Part shown: one piece after another, positions 14,643-29,600 of the stretch
Numbering within the stretch: the stretch's first letter is position 1
Layout: the number at the start of each line of letters is the position of its first letter
Assembly (NCBI RefSeq): GCF_009914755.1
Contig: NC_060931.1
Source of the DNA: the human T2T-CHM13v2.0 reference genome, Homo sapiens
DNA length: 64,000 nucleotides
Direction: 5' to 3' (one strand)
The notes under the pieces: model-generated
Database searches by the model: none
What the model saw: only the letters and a program-made list of their open reading frames with translations
What the model was told of the DNA's origin: nothing
Program-made: the position numbers and the translations under genes

Positions 14643-15908
14643 TAATAGTAACTTTTATATCCCAGACAAAAAAAAAAAAAAAACTGAGTTAGGCTTACAG
14701 ACTTGACTCTGAGGGGCTCATGATAATAATTTTCTTTTTTTTTTCTTTAGTTCGTTTGTTTTAGCATGTGCTCAGAGGAAAAAGAAAAAGAATTTATGGA
14801 AGAAATCTCTAAATCATATTCCGTTCTTTCATGAAAGTGGGCAATTCAAATAATTTCACTCAATTTTCAAGTGAGATATTCACAGTAATTTGTATCTTCA
14901 GGTTGAGGCTAAGCTTCATTGCACTTCATGGGAATATATAGAACATTCTAGCAAATCTTTCTTAGACTATTACATCTTTGACTTACATGTTTATGAAGAA
15001 TCATCTGTGCCTCTGATTGGCCTTATATAAATACAAGGGTCATTTCAGAGAGCAGTTCTTAACTGACTTGGAAAAGCCTAAGAGCCAAACAATTCAGCAG
15101 CTCTTCCACATTGATGGCACCAGCCACATGCAGTACATGTGCTTTACGCATTTCATTATTGCATCTCTTTGTCTTATGAGTTTATTGATGGAAAATTGTG
15201 CCTTGTCTTTTATCAAGTAAACATATTTCAGAAGACATCTACATGCTATCAACAAAACAGAGCAAATTCAGAAAATGTAGGACTTCGTTGTACTTGGGGG
15301 ATTACTTCAATTGCCTTAATAGTCTACCAGAGTAGAAATATTACATTCTTTAAAGTTCAGATAAATAATTTGTGCTGCTTATGTAGGAAGTAAGCTATTC
15401 TCCACTGTAAGCAGTCTTTTATGTTGACAATATAGAAATAATCTGTCTTATAAGCTACACTGCATCTAAAGCCCTGACACTACAGATTTATGCATACTTC
15501 TGGCTGAAAATAATATTGAAATGTGAAAATGAAATCTTTCACCAAATCTCTGGGAACATAGGTTTGAGGCTGGCTTTGGAATCACTAAAAATTCATTGAT
15601 TCCCGAACGTAGACTAAGTACCATAAGAACTGACTAGGGTACTTGATTGAGCTTGTGCTGTATGGTTTATTACACTGGTGGTAGGAATGTGTCAATAGTG
15701 ATTATACTGCTCTAAGTATTTTGTTTTAGGGTATGATTCTAGCTTCCCTTGTATCATTACTCAAAACTCCAAATGAAGTGTGTAAGAGTATTTTTCAACC
15801 CTGGGTTTACTTGCATTCCATACTCATTAAATATATGACACAATAAAATGTCTAGGTCTTATGCAAGGAACTTCAACTCTTCTATGGCTCCTGGCCTAAA
15901 AAGGTATC

Positions 15909-16104
15909 TGTGAGAGGCAGAATAATGTCCGCCACCAAAGATGTCCACATCCTAATCTTCAGAACCTGTGAATATGCGACCTTACATGGCAAAGGGGATT
16001 TAGCACTTATGACTAAATTAAGGATCTATAAATGCGGAGATTTTCCTGCAATTCGCTGGGTAGGTAGAATCTAATCACATGGATCCTTAAAAATAGTAGG
16101 AGGA
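15909..16104 (+). mobile_element. MLT1D-like LTR, 5' part only
   Basis: tgtgagaggcagaataatg...aaagatgtccacatcctaatc...cttacatggcaaagggga; ends at the Alu. Confidence 0.85.
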
Positions 16105-16501
<397 letters not shown>

Positions 16502-17069
16502 TCATTGTACAGCTTACAATATGGATCAAGAAATTGTTTCTATTGACATACTTCTTTTCATGTTTAGATCGGCTTCCAAGATCTTATCCTTTCCACTTTC
16601 AATGTCATGAAAAATCATTGAGAGTTCCTTTAATGCGAAATGTTATGCCAGTGTCACTTCCTGTGAGACAGCTTCATCCTTTTTGGGGTCACAACCACCT
16701 TCCTTATTTGTGTAGTTCAATTCATTTAACCTGAGTTCCTCTGGCTACAAATCTGGAGTCTCTGAAACAATGACACATTCAGCTATTGCTTCTATAACTC
16801 CATTTACATTCATTTCACATTTCACTTTCAGCATCATCACTCTCTGTTTCTTGATGCACTTTTATCTTAGTTAGCCAATTCTCCCTTCTCGTGTCCAGTT
16901 TTGTAAAATGTTATATGGGCTTATCACTGGGAAACAAGGAGGCAACATAACCACATGCTTTGCTGTGTGTGGAAAGAATAACATTATGTGGAGTAACAAA
17001 CCCTTAATAGATTTTGAAAGAAGTGACATGGTTGGTCACTGATCATGATGCACATCTGTTATTTCTGTA

Positions 17070-17444
17070 TAGATACTTCTGAATGCACAATGAGGTTATG
17101 TCCCAATAAATCCATAGAAAACACATAGTTGAAAATATATCAAAAGTTGAAAATTCGTTTAATACACCTAACCTACCAAACATGATAGCTTAACCTAGCC
17201 TACCTTAAACATGCTAAGAACACTTACAGTAGCCTAGAGTTGGACCAAATCACCTAACACAAAGCCTATTTTGTAATAAAATATTGAATATCTCATGTGA
17301 TTTATAGAATACTGCACTGAAAGTGAAAAACAAAATGGTTGTACAGGTACTCAAAGTACAGCGTCTACTGAATGCATATGGCTTTTGCACCTTCCTAAAG
17401 TACAACAATTTTAAGGCAAACTGTCATAAGTCAGGGTTCATCTG
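17070..17444 (+). mobile_element. MER47A (TcMar-Tigger)
   Basis: aatacacctaacctacc...cctagcctaccttaaac...; TA dinucleotide on both flanks. Confidence 0.88.
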
Positions 17445-17699
17445 TAGTGTTTTTGGACAGGAGAGCTAGTAACAAAACTTGAACACTATACATATGCATA
17501 ATTAAATTTGTATATTATGCAATTACTCAAACTTAGTATAGCACAGTAACTAAAATTTGAACCATGTTGGGAGACTGGTATATTTACCTATACTATAGTA
17601 ACTGAAATTTATGCATATTAAAGTGTGTGCAAAGCAAGGACTGCCTCTTTGTGTGTGTATGTGTATGTGTGTGCTCTGTATGTTTTGCATATTTTCAAA

Positions 17700-19400
17700 C
17701 TTTAAATAAATGCCATCATATAATATTTATCCTTTTATGAACTTGCTATTTACATTCAAACAATGTTTCTGATTATTCTTATTAATGTATGCAGTCACCG
17801 TTTATTTCTTTTTCTGTTTTATGATATTCCATTCACATGACTATACTATACTTCAAGTTATTTATGTATTCTTTATTGAAAATATATATTGCTTTCAGTT
17901 TTTTATTTTTGTAAATATGACTCCTCTGAGAATTAATTTATTGCTTCCATGTAGTCATGTGCAAGAATTTCTCTAAGGTAACTATATCTAGGTGTGGAGT
18001 TATTCAGTTTTAAACCTTATTAGATATTTCCAAATTGTTTTCCCAATTTACACTTTCAAGTAAGTTTTAATTTTATTTTGACTCAACTTGCTCCATAACA
18101 GTTAGTATTGGCAAATTCCATTTTACCAATCTGATCACATAAATGAATGAGGCTAAACTAATTTAATTTGGGTTTTCTTGATTAAGGGTGAGACTGAGCA
18201 TATTTTCAAGTTTCCTCAAATATGAGTTATCTGTATCTTTTGATAATTATATTAATATATATTATTTACATAAACCAAATATTAATGTTTATAATTTGTA
18301 TATACTGCAGCTGTCATCTCCTAATCTTTGTCTTGTCTTTTTATTTGAATTATGATATATTTTGATGTGCAGAAGTTTTAATTTGAATATAGTAGAATTC
18401 ATCCATTTTCCTTTTTGGTTTATGTTTTGTGTCTTATGTCATAAAAATATTATCTTTTGTGCTTCATGCCTTTTTTCTTTTATGATGTCTTTTTTCTTTT
18501 AAAAGTTTTAACCGTTTTCTATGTTTGGGTCATTAAAATACATGGAACTCAATTTTTTTAATGGTATAATCTAAGGGTTCAGTTTCTTATTTTTGACACA
18601 TATACAACCAAATTTTCCATCATCAAACATGGGAAAAATTCTTTCTCCACTGAACTGTAAAGCCACCTCTGTCATACATCAAGGTTTTTTTTTTTTATTA
18701 GACTTTATTTTTTAGAGTCAATTTAGGTTCACAGCAAAACTGAATAGAAAGTACAGAGATTTCACATTCACCCTCTGCCCCCACATATGCACAGTCTCCC
18801 CTACTGTCAACATCCATCAAGTTTTTATACATGCAAGGGTCTCTTTTGGGCTCTATATTTTTTTCCTTTGTTCACATTGTCAATGCTGCACAAATTTCAT
18901 ACTGTGCTAGTGATACATCTTCATAATAGAACTTGGTTTCTGATAGAGTTTAGTCTACAGTGTTGATTTTTAATAAAGTTCTTAAAATTTCTAACTAAAA
19001 TTCATGCAAATTTTGCTACTGCAAATAGTATCTTTTAATAAATTACTTTTTCTAATGATTGCTGATAGATAGAAATGTAATTTTTTGATAATGTGAGACA
19101 GAATTCACATTACATATAATTCATCCATTTACAATGTAAAAGTCAATAGCTTCTGTTTTTTGAAATTATATGTATATATATAATCATATAGTGTGAATTC
19201 TTTGTGTCTGACCTCTTTCAGTCAACGTTATGTTTCTGATATTCAAGTTTTTGTGTGTAGTTATGTCCATTTATTTTTATCACTGTAGAGTATCCCATCA
19301 TATAAATATATCAGTATTTGTGTATCCTGTTTTCAGTTTGGGCTATTGCTGATTATACATCATTATTCTAGAATTTCCTTTTGGTACATTTTAAACCTGC
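17700..19400 (-). mobile_element. Old L1M (L1ME-like) 3' fragments
   Basis: T-rich, with antisense L1 ORF2/3'UTR phrases (gtgagactgagcatattttc, ttttgatgtgcagaagtttt, atccattttcc); boundaries approximate. Confidence 0.7.
18685..18814 (-). mobile_element. Short 5'-truncated L1MC 3' end nested in older L1
   Basis: Poly-T plus gactttattttttagag...tttaggttcacagcaaaa; TSD catcaag at 18677 and 18815. Confidence 0.8.
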
Positions 19401-20094
19401 CCACTCTCTAGAGAGTATTTTATTATTTTCTCACGGTTTTCATTTCTTTTGGTCTGTCTTACAAGTGTCTTAAGTATATTTGTTTTGTATCTTTTTTATA
19501 ATTATTACATTACCTTGAGGGTTTAGAGGGTTTTTCTGGCACTTTTTCACAGTGGCTTATTTCCTCATCTGTTTTGGTATTTTTGTTATCTTTCTGCTTA
19601 TCCCTTGCACCTTGCAATGTGTGAGACTCATTTTGTCTTAGGTTGATGTTGCTCTGTCTCAACAGGATTTGGATTTGCTTATACACGTGCTTTGATACAT
19701 AATCTAGGTTGGGTTTATGTTCATTTATTGGCTTGGCTTTTCTTGGACTCTCAAGTAGTGTATACTCAAACTGTAGACCTCTGTGAGGGCAGGCCTGTGG
19801 TTATGAACTCTCAGGAGAATAGCTCTTCCTTATTCAGTATTCTGGCCAAGACAGATGACAGACATTTCCTATGGCCAGTAGTCAGCTGTGTTTCCTAGAA
19901 CATCCTATCATTGAAGATGTAGCCTTCAGGGGCCTCAGCCCTGTGCATCCTCTAGATTCCCACCACAGGGGAGCCCAGGGCACTTTCCTGTCCCTGGAAT
20001 GCTGTGCAATTCAATCCTCTCGCTTTCCAAGATAAAGGAATGTCCCCAGTTAAGGGCCAGCTCACCACTCTGATGTTCTTCCCCATTTTTTTGG

Positions 20095-20241
20095 TTTTTG
20101 CCTTTTTGTTTATTTCTTTGTTTAAGAGGGGATGTTGCTTTGTTGCCCAGGCTGGCCTCAAACTCCTGGCCTCAAGTGATCTTCCCCCCTCAGTCTCCCA
20201 AAGTGTCGGGATTACACTGGCATGAGCCATCATACCCAACC
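20095..20241 (-). mobile_element. FLAM (free left Alu monomer)
   Basis: Single antisense left monomer with decayed T-rich tail. Confidence 0.85.
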
Positions 20242-20389
20242 CTTCCCCTTCTTTTTCTACCATTGGGATTTATCTTGCTCTTTCGAGTCCCCAGCTATAC
20301 CTTAAAAAAGACACTTGTTAATTTTTATGCAGCATTTGTGGGAATTATTTTAGAGATTTTCAGAACCCCTAGTCTGTCATAATACCAGG

Positions 20390-20604
20390 ATAGAAAGTAG
20401 AATGGTGCTGGCCAGGGCCTGGGGAGATGGAGAAATGGAACATTGCTGTCCAACCACTGTGAAATTTCAGTTATGCAACAGGCATAAGTTCTAGGGATCT
20501 GCTGATCCACCTTGTGCCTGTAGGTAACAATACTGTATGGTGCTCTTCAAAATTTGTTAAGAGGGTAGATCTCATGTTAAGTGTTTTTACCACAATAAAA
20601 AAAT
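20390..20604 (+). mobile_element. L1MA/MB 3' end
   Basis: tagaaagtagaatggtg...gttaagagggtagatctcatgttaagtg...accacaataaaaaaa. Confidence 0.88.
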
Positions 20605-21449
20605 TGTTTTTTAAGAGTTGAAGACTATTTTCTGAATAAAAACAAAATGAAACCTCATAAGTAAATTCAGAGTTGCCTAGTAAAATGTGTCACACGCATA
20701 ATAAAAGTGTAAAACATTCACACTCCTCACTCTCATTTAATTATCAAGAATTAATTAAGCTTTTATTTTTCTTCCATAAATTCCAAGTTCCCGATAGCTA
20801 ACTTCCAAAGCTAAAAGTAATGTTACTTTTGACTCTTTTGCTACAACAAATAATACTACACTAATACCCTGGCATGTATTGTGTGGCTATGTAGAGTATA
20901 TCTGTAGGAAATGTTGGTGGAGGTGGAGCTGCTGGTTAAGGGTGAGAGAAATTTTAATTTTCTAGCTTTCAAATTATACCATTCAGCCTCCCTTTTGTAA
21001 ACTGTTAGTTTAAATTTGCTTTTCTGTAATTGTACGTGAGTGACAATTATTAACCCCAGTTAAATGAACAAGGAGTTGATCATCTGGGGGTGTTCACAGT
21101 GCTGAAATTATGAGGAAGAGATGTGGTTCAGGAGAAGCTTATTAAATGTACTTTCCTTTTTCTCCACCCCCACACCAACATGCTGACAATAGAAACTCAT
21201 TCTCAAACTGACCTTATTCAAGGTAAGAAGGTATTGTTCCAGTGTGTTGGTTTCAAGGACTTTCTTCCATGCAGAATAAATAGTAGAACTAAAATATCAC
21301 TAAACCTCTAAGTAAGCAGATTATGTGCTGTCAACGGTGAATGCCCAATATATCCACAGCGCAAGAACTTAAGTAGACAGAGGTATTAACTGTCATTTTA
21401 TTTGAAGGAAGCCAAAAAATCTTGTGCTCACATCATATTCCTTAAAACC

Positions 21450-21720
21450 TCATTCTTCCAGAATGGCTACCACAGTCCCAGGCATCACCTGGAGACAGAG
21501 ACATAATACCCAGCAGAAGAAAAGAGTTTATTATTTTATGATCTCTCTGTTTGAAGAAGAAAAAATACAACACTTTCTTAAAAATTTCTAAGTGGACTTC
21601 CTCTTGTGTATTATTGGCCAAAATTGAATTACTGAATCATATGCCAACCCCAGGAAAATCAATTATTGGTGTGAGGAATAGAATTCCCCTGATCACCTTA
21701 GCCTAATCAATTTGTATCCA
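21450..21720 (-). mobile_element. Old MLT1 (K/L-like) LTR fragment
   Basis: aatggctaccacagtcccaggcatcac...gacttcctctt...ttattggccaaaattg. Confidence 0.5.
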
Positions 21721-24624
21721 TGACTTACACACCCTGCAACAAAGGAAAATGTAGGACTTGCTATTGATTACGTACACAAGTGTGCCTGATGTGGACAGCA
21801 AATAAGTTTGATGGTATTGTTTGTCATAAAGTTAAGTAACAGCATGAGTAATATGGCCCTCTGTGGAATTTCTTGGTGGCAGTTGAGCAAAATTTAAATT
21901 GCTCTGAAATGGAGGACTGTGATCACGGAAACAAGGTAGAGTTAGCTGATATAATTTGGTACAAGGAAATTAACCATGGTTGGGTTTTTGAGCCATAGAT
22001 ATGATAATACTCAGAAATATATGTAATAATGCAGCATTCCCAAATGATTCCAATGTTGAGTTCTCCACACAAATCATTTCATTTTCTTTCAGTTGGTGTT
22101 AAAGATATTGGAGTCCTCATTTGGAAGTCACTCACTATAGCATTTATGGGAAACCGAGCTCTGAATTACAAACATCGAGTTGACAAACGAAAATCTGGAA
22201 CAGAACCCACTCACCAGCTGGCGACCACCCAGTATTATTTGACTTTAAACTTGATACTTGAACATGATTTTTTAAAAGAAACTTAAGCAAGTAAACATAA
22301 AAAAAAAAAAAAAAAAACCACCTCTCTTTGACTTGGTCTTGCAATGGGCTTTTTACCGCTTTGAAATGGAATACAGTTTTATTTCCAATAAACAGCAGCC
22401 GTAACAAAACTTCACACAGACACCTGGAGAAGGGGCATTTGATGAATGCAATACTATCATTGTTTATTATAGAATTATTTACTAGAATCTGGCAGAGATC
22501 CTAAACACCATTTACCATAACTTTGGCCAATTTTCCTAAATCCATACTTCAAACTCTACTGATATAATGGGCTGCTTTAGCCAAGAATGATAGCTCTGTT
22601 ACTCCCCAAATATTACCAAAACAAAGGCGTGGTCACTTCCCACAAATCCACCTGGAGTATGAGTCACCAGCTGCCCCTTGTTGATATAAAGAGATCGAAG
22701 AATGAACAGTTTTGAAATCCATTAGTGAATCACTGAGAATCCACTCAGTACAGCTTGGAGATCTCAACAGAAGCCAATAATAATTAAAGAAAGAAAAGCT
22801 CTGGGTTAAAGGAAAGCAAGCAATCCAGCGGAACCAACTAGAAAACATCAGCCAACTGCAGCGCCTTGCTGGAATTAGGGCAGACCACAGTCTAGTGCCT
22901 GCTAGAGCAATTGAAGGAAGCCCAGCTGAGAGAGAAGGCTTCAGTAAAGAAAATTAGGGAAGGTTTTATTTTTATGTGAAGTTCTTGTGAGAAGGATGTT
23001 AAGAGAAAGCATTATCTGTTATTATTTATGATTGTTGAGCCCCACAAGCAAGCCTTTGAGTTTTTATAAGCCCACATAGCATGTTTTTTTGTTTTTGTTT
23101 TTCCTGAGGGTAAACACTTTTATTTGTAACAGCATTGTCCATGGCTGTCAATGTATCTGATGGAAAATACCTGTCCATAAGCATGAAGGAAATCCATGAT
23201 CTTCCCCTTTAATTTGCAGAACATTACATAGTATTTTTTTAAAAAAGATGCAAATAGCAGCCTACTTCTTTGCTGCTAAAGAGCTTTAATGGAATTTTTA
23301 GTGAATCAGATGTGTAAGGGCTGATGTCCTCCAAGCTGAGCTGGATCTCCCCAGTTCTTCCTAAGGTTCCTTTTGTGTCACATTCAACTCAACAGACAGG
23401 AAACAACTCTCCTGCAGTGAAGGCCGCACAGTGGGCTCTGCTCCTAAATCCAAGGACACAGAGGAGCGCCTGTGTCCCCAAATCAGGAAGGCGGGCATCG
23501 GCGAGACCCAGTGTCACAGAGAACGAGCATTTTTGCTGCTACTGTTCTGTGCAAGTGATCACAGCCCAGATGTACAGTATGATTTGGAACCTCCACACTA
23601 TTTAGCATCCCTTAATTTGTATCCAGTGTGCTAACTGACCTGGAAACATTAGAACCCCATTTCCAAGTTTCTCTTAAAAATCCCCAGGTCCCAACACACA
23701 CCAACCACTTTCATCCTCAACAGGGCATGTTACGCCAGAGACAGATCCTTCTGCATGCATTTTGCCTTAATGCCAGTAAGAAAATTGATTTTTTGTTTCA
23801 GGATTTTTCAATCCAGAAGACAAAGAGATTAGTCAGCAGCTTTTAAAATGAAAGTTTCCAGGTGAGAGATTTCAACACTATTTTGTAGATCTGGTGAATT
23901 AAGATACATATTTTCAGTATTTTAGGAATTCAAATTCTAATCCTTTCCAATTCACCAACTCCCTTTATCCAAATCCATGGAATCAGAGTCTAATGAAAGG
24001 GGTACTTAGCATTTGATTCCAAGCTTTCCCTTACAACTACATTTACAAGAAAGTATTTTGAAGCTGAGAAAACTGACAGGTCCTGTGGTTGATCTGCACA
24101 GTTCTATTTCCTTTGGGCTCCAAATGTTAAAGCACATGCCCTGGCAATTCGGGCACCAGTTTTGAATGAAGACACCCAGCATCTTGCACCTGCCTGCCAA
24201 TCTCCACGTCCTTTGTAGAGGACCGGGGTGGACATGCCCATCCCCTCCTGGGGAAGTCTGTTTACACTGCAAACTCCTGACTTCTGCATGGCGGTAGAGC
24301 TGATTGTGATACCTCTGTCCACCTATGCCAGCCCAGGTGCCTGACTTGTGTTGGGTTAACTATTCTGATAGCTTTGATATGGCCTTCCCACATGTGCCTT
24401 CTCCTACTGTGGCCGCTGTCACTCTGTCTCCACTCCCATGACACTTGGATGCTCCAGTGACACCAGCTCCTGCACAGTACCACTCTTCAGCAGCGTTCAT
24501 ATCAAACTGTGCATGTCTAGCTTATCTGGGGGAAGACACTGAAGAGAGGCAGAGGTGGAGACGTGAAAGAAGACAGCAAAATCACAGAGCTTCGCAAGAG
24601 AAACTGCTTGCTTAAAGATAATTT

Positions 24625-24742
24625 CTTCTTCTGATTACAAAAGTTACACATGCTCATTGTCAAAATGCTGGAAAATACAGAGAAGTTTAAAGAAGGAAGA
24701 AGTTACCATAATCATACTACCCAGCTAACATTTCGGTGTATT
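24625..24742 (-). mobile_element. L1ME4-like 3' end fragment
   Basis: tgattacaaaagttacacatgctcattg...ggaaaatacagagaag. Confidence 0.7.
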
Positions 24743-27189
24743 GGTAGTAGGGAAATTTCTGGTTGTCAAGGAGGAAGGTATATATCCCTAATCACAGAGG
24801 TTTTTTCATGCTCTTAGGTCCTAAGTTATAGCATTTTAATGGGAGATTTCTAAGACGGAAGGTATTTCTGGAATAGCATTCCTTCCCTTTCTTCTGCAGA
24901 TCTGTCAAATTGTTCAGCTTTCTTGACTAATAGATGCTATGGATAGAGCATCCCTCTCTCTCTAAAAATCTCAAAAAAAGCAAGTCTTATTTATTCAGGA
25001 TTTGAAGAGAAATATTCAGGAAGGATATTTCATCAAACCTGATTCATATATTATGCACTGTAATGATGCTAGACACAAAACACAAGATTTCTTGATAGAT
25101 GGTCAGAATAAATTACACCAACTGCATTAGCTCAGCAGCAGTCCTGCCCGGATCTCAGCACCTGAGCTTCTCATCTGCGTATGGTTGCTCAGCTTGGTCA
25201 CTGAGACATGCAAAAGGGAAATGGGCATTTTCCCTGAACACCTAAATCCTTTCCAAAATCTGTCAAAATGTTTACTAAAATGTAGCTTCTTTGTTTATCA
25301 GACGAACTGTGGTAACAGCAGTTATGAAACTTATCACAGTTCATCTGATAAACTACATTTTAGTAAACATTTCAAAGTGAAGCAGATATGAGAGAGAACA
25401 AAATTATTTGTGTTTACATGAGACTTGGAATTGTTAAAATTTTTATATCTAGCATACAAAAAGGCTGCTTATGTTAAAAATTGATAGTAACTAAATATAT
25501 AAGACCAAAAGAATACTAATAATGTGAATTAAAATGAAATCTTAGCTTGGTTTATAAACTATGAAATTTGACTAAAATCTATTCTGTATATATGTTCTAG
25601 TTTTAGAATATAAACTAGAACTAGAATCTAAGTAGTAGCCAATTGGTAAGTAGTGTCTGACTGGGATCTAAACCAGTTCAGATTAAACCATTGCAACACT
25701 ACTCAGAAAAGCGTATGGTCAAGATCTTCCGCTATGGAGATTAACAAGAAATGCCCATCTATGTAACAGTAATTTAAAAACTGATAGTGGTATATTACAT
25801 TCCAGTGAATGACGTAAATAATAGCCTTTTTAACCCTCTTGCGAATATACATGGTATTTGAGAAAAACGTTGCTTCAGAACAGGTGAAAGAATATGCCTG
25901 GCCAAAATAAGTTCGGCTACCCAAAATGGTAATGGCTTAAGCCTTTTGGTTTTTATCTTTGTTAAAGGCAGCGAGTGACATTTTAATCTTCTTGTGCAGG
26001 TTTTTCTAAAACACAAAACGCTTTCTGTTAAAACTCGCCACAAAGGCAGAAAGGGAAAAGCATTCACAGATGCACACAGATTCCAAGAACTCTCTCACAC
26101 TATCTCAGGAACTCTTACTGCTCCCTAGAAACTGTTTTTCATCAGAATGGGGAAAATAACACGACTGGTACCTGCAATTTCTGACACCAATTTCACATCT
26201 AACCTCTGTAGGTATTTAACGGACTCAGGGCCTAACTGAAACTGCTGCTAACTATTGATTTATTGAGGTGTTCATCCCAGGTGGTTTATGGGGACTCTGT
26301 AAATATGGGCTGATAATAGTAATGGACAAGCTCCCATAATTTCTTAATTTCAGTTTATTTATTTATAATATTTATGGTTGTAAGATCGAATCTGGTGATT
26401 ATCTGTGCTGGGGGCAGAAATTTCATTTCTAAAGGATGGCGGTAAATATAAGCATGTTGTTGGTTGAATGTTCAAAAACATATTTCAAAAACCAAGTACT
26501 AACAGCTAAGGGGAAAAACTCACACGATGAACCAGAAGTGTATGAAACAAGGAATAAAATGGAAAAGGAGAAGGCATGAATGTTGGAGGGATTTAAGTTA
26601 TGGATGAAACTACAGTGAACATTCAGGGTATGTGGGGAGACGAAAACTGAAGCATCCTTTTACTCGGTAGCAAAAGTGACGGGGATCAAGGGTCACTCCC
26701 GGATACAGGTATCCCGGAGCACCTCCACAATGGCTTCCAGCCCAGACCTTTGTCGTGGGAAGGAGTCCCATGCTCTCATTTTTGGCACAAACAGAGTTTG
26801 ACTCTCACCACAAAACAGCATCAAACAGTGTCACAGGCTGTGCTTCTCACAAGGTTTTTTGTTTGTTAAGTTCATTTTCCTGAACTCAAACATTGTGGGA
26901 AGAAGTAGGTCATAATATCCATTTCCCTCTAAATTGATCCAGAGCTTCCAGAAATCTGAAGACCAGTGAAGCCAAGGTTTCTTCCAAACATAGAGTTGTG
27001 TGAAATCACTATGTAAAACTGTCAGCATTATTTTGGTGGCAAGTTCTGTCCCCATCTTGGCTCTCCTCCCTGCCTCTCCCACAGCCTGGTACAGTCGGCT
27101 ATAGAGTTCAGCCCTCAATACCTGCTGGATTTACACCTAGCAATGCATCTGTTGATCTCATTGATGTGAAAATCATTTTACAAAGAATT

Positions 27190-27450
27190 CCCACTGCATT
27201 TTCTTTAGCATGGCATTCACATTCCCCCATAGTGTGGTCCCAAATCACTCCTGGTCTTCATCTTCTAGGTTCCTCAGAGGGGACCTCCTAGCATCAGTCT
27301 GGGAATTCTCTGTCTCCTATGGGATCCAGGACCTGGACCACCCAGTGTCCTTCCAACAGGCCTGAAACCTTCCTATGTGCAGGTGTGGAATGCTGCTTTC
27401 ACTTCTTGCCTCCCAATATCTTATTGATTCTTCAGTTCCTTGTTGTAATC
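27190..27450 (+). mobile_element. L2 fragment
   Basis: ctttagcatggcattcac...catagtgtggtccc; pyrimidine-rich and degraded. Confidence 0.5.
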
Positions 27451-27464
27451 TCCCTCATTCAGAG

Positions 27465-28110
<646 letters not shown>

Positions 28111-29249
28111 AGAGTATTATTTAATTCTCTGAGTAACCAGAAGCCAAAGGATATTGCTTCACCTTTAGTTGCCATGTAATTGAGGCATACCTCATCATCA
28201 GCAGTACACTTGGTTTTCTATACTGGATTACACACCTTTTGGAGGCAGGGGCTACTTTTATTCTTCTTTAAATCTTCACCTGCACTAGCATGCTAAAACA
28301 AGGAAAAGAAAGTTTTATCTTCTATACTGGAAACAAAGAAAAACAAGGGTAATTCATCTTACTTTTATCACTAGTCTCCGATTAACTACATGTTCAAGTT
28401 TACTGTATAGTATATCTATGTGATCTAGGCAGGCATATTTCCCCTCAAATATATAATACGGCAAAATAAAGTGCAAGTTGTGATTGGTGAAGATAAATGA
28501 CTGAACTTTTACTATCATATTCTCACTCTGCTGATAAATCATCTTTGAGAATTCGTATTAATTTTGGTCAAGAAATACACAAGTTAAATCCATTTTATTC
28601 TTTTTTTTAACATTGGGAGGACTAAGTGAATAAAGAAGGAGTGAATTATATGATTGTCTACCCCACAGTTTCAGTAAAACGATATTTTTTCCTGCAATAT
28701 ATTCATGATCTGCCTTAAAACCATAGAATCTGGCTTAAGCCAAAGCAACTGTATCTTCCTTTATTTTTTAACAATAAACACCTTTAATTATCTTCCTTCT
28801 GACTACTTTGTTGTAACACACAATGTGTTTGTCTCCTGAGGTGAGCATAAAAAAGGAGCCCAGCATGACTTGAATGCTACCATAATTAAAGAAAAGCTAA
28901 AAAGGTCAAAAACAAGAATGTGGTAAATCTTAAGCAACTCCCCAGAACAGGCGCCACCTGCCACTTTGTGCTGACACCGTCAATCATTGAATCGGTTACT
29001 GAATACTTTCTTGCATTTCTTCTTCTCCACCTTGTGCCCACGTTAAGCAGGAAGGCATCATATTTTCATTAGCACCTGTTTTGTTTTTTCACCTTCTGTA
29101 GACTGTTGAGTGAATTTCTAATAATAAAGCCAAAAGGAAAAATAATGGCAATATGATTGGACAAGCAGTTTCAGAATCAAGGTAGGATGCCTTTTTGTTG
29201 CTGGAGGTTTTTTGTTTTGTTTTGTTTTGTTTTTGGACTTATTCTCCCT

Positions 29250-29600
29250 CATATCAAATAAATTTATTAAACACACCTGAACACTTGTTATGTGCCACTG
29301 TCGGCCACGTATTAGGGACACGGAAGAACAATAAGACATACTCCCTACCAAAAGAGGCTTATGGTTTAGAAGGAAGACACAGTCTTGTAAACAGGTAAGT
29401 AAAATAAAATGTGAGCTGCACTATGCTGGAAGTCAGCCCAGGGTGGCCCAAGTAGACCATAGCCAGTCTACATGAATAGGGAGACACGGGGGACAGCTTT
29501 CTAGATGTCCCTAACGCTGAATCCTAAAAGATGAGAAGCATTTCTAGGGTGCCAGAGTGGAGAAAACACCTGACTTGTGGGAGAACGGAAGGCCTCGTGT
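29250..29600 (-). mobile_element. L2 fragment
   Basis: aaatttattaaacac...tatgtgcca...agggacac...ggcttatggtttag. Confidence 0.7.

Noticed and set aside
22140-22318. Possible processed pseudogene ending in poly-A
   Set aside because: No TSD, canonical poly-A signal or recognisable parent
25594-25621. 10-bp AT-rich inverted repeat (also an 8-bp one at 23454-23477)
   Set aside because: Chance level in 64 kb
28951-28964. CTCF-like gcgccacctgccac
   Set aside because: Only the AGGTGGCGC half matches; the CCA end of the motif is missing
29391-29400. Consensus splice donor cag|gtaagt
   Set aside because: Inside an L2 fragment with no supportable exon partner
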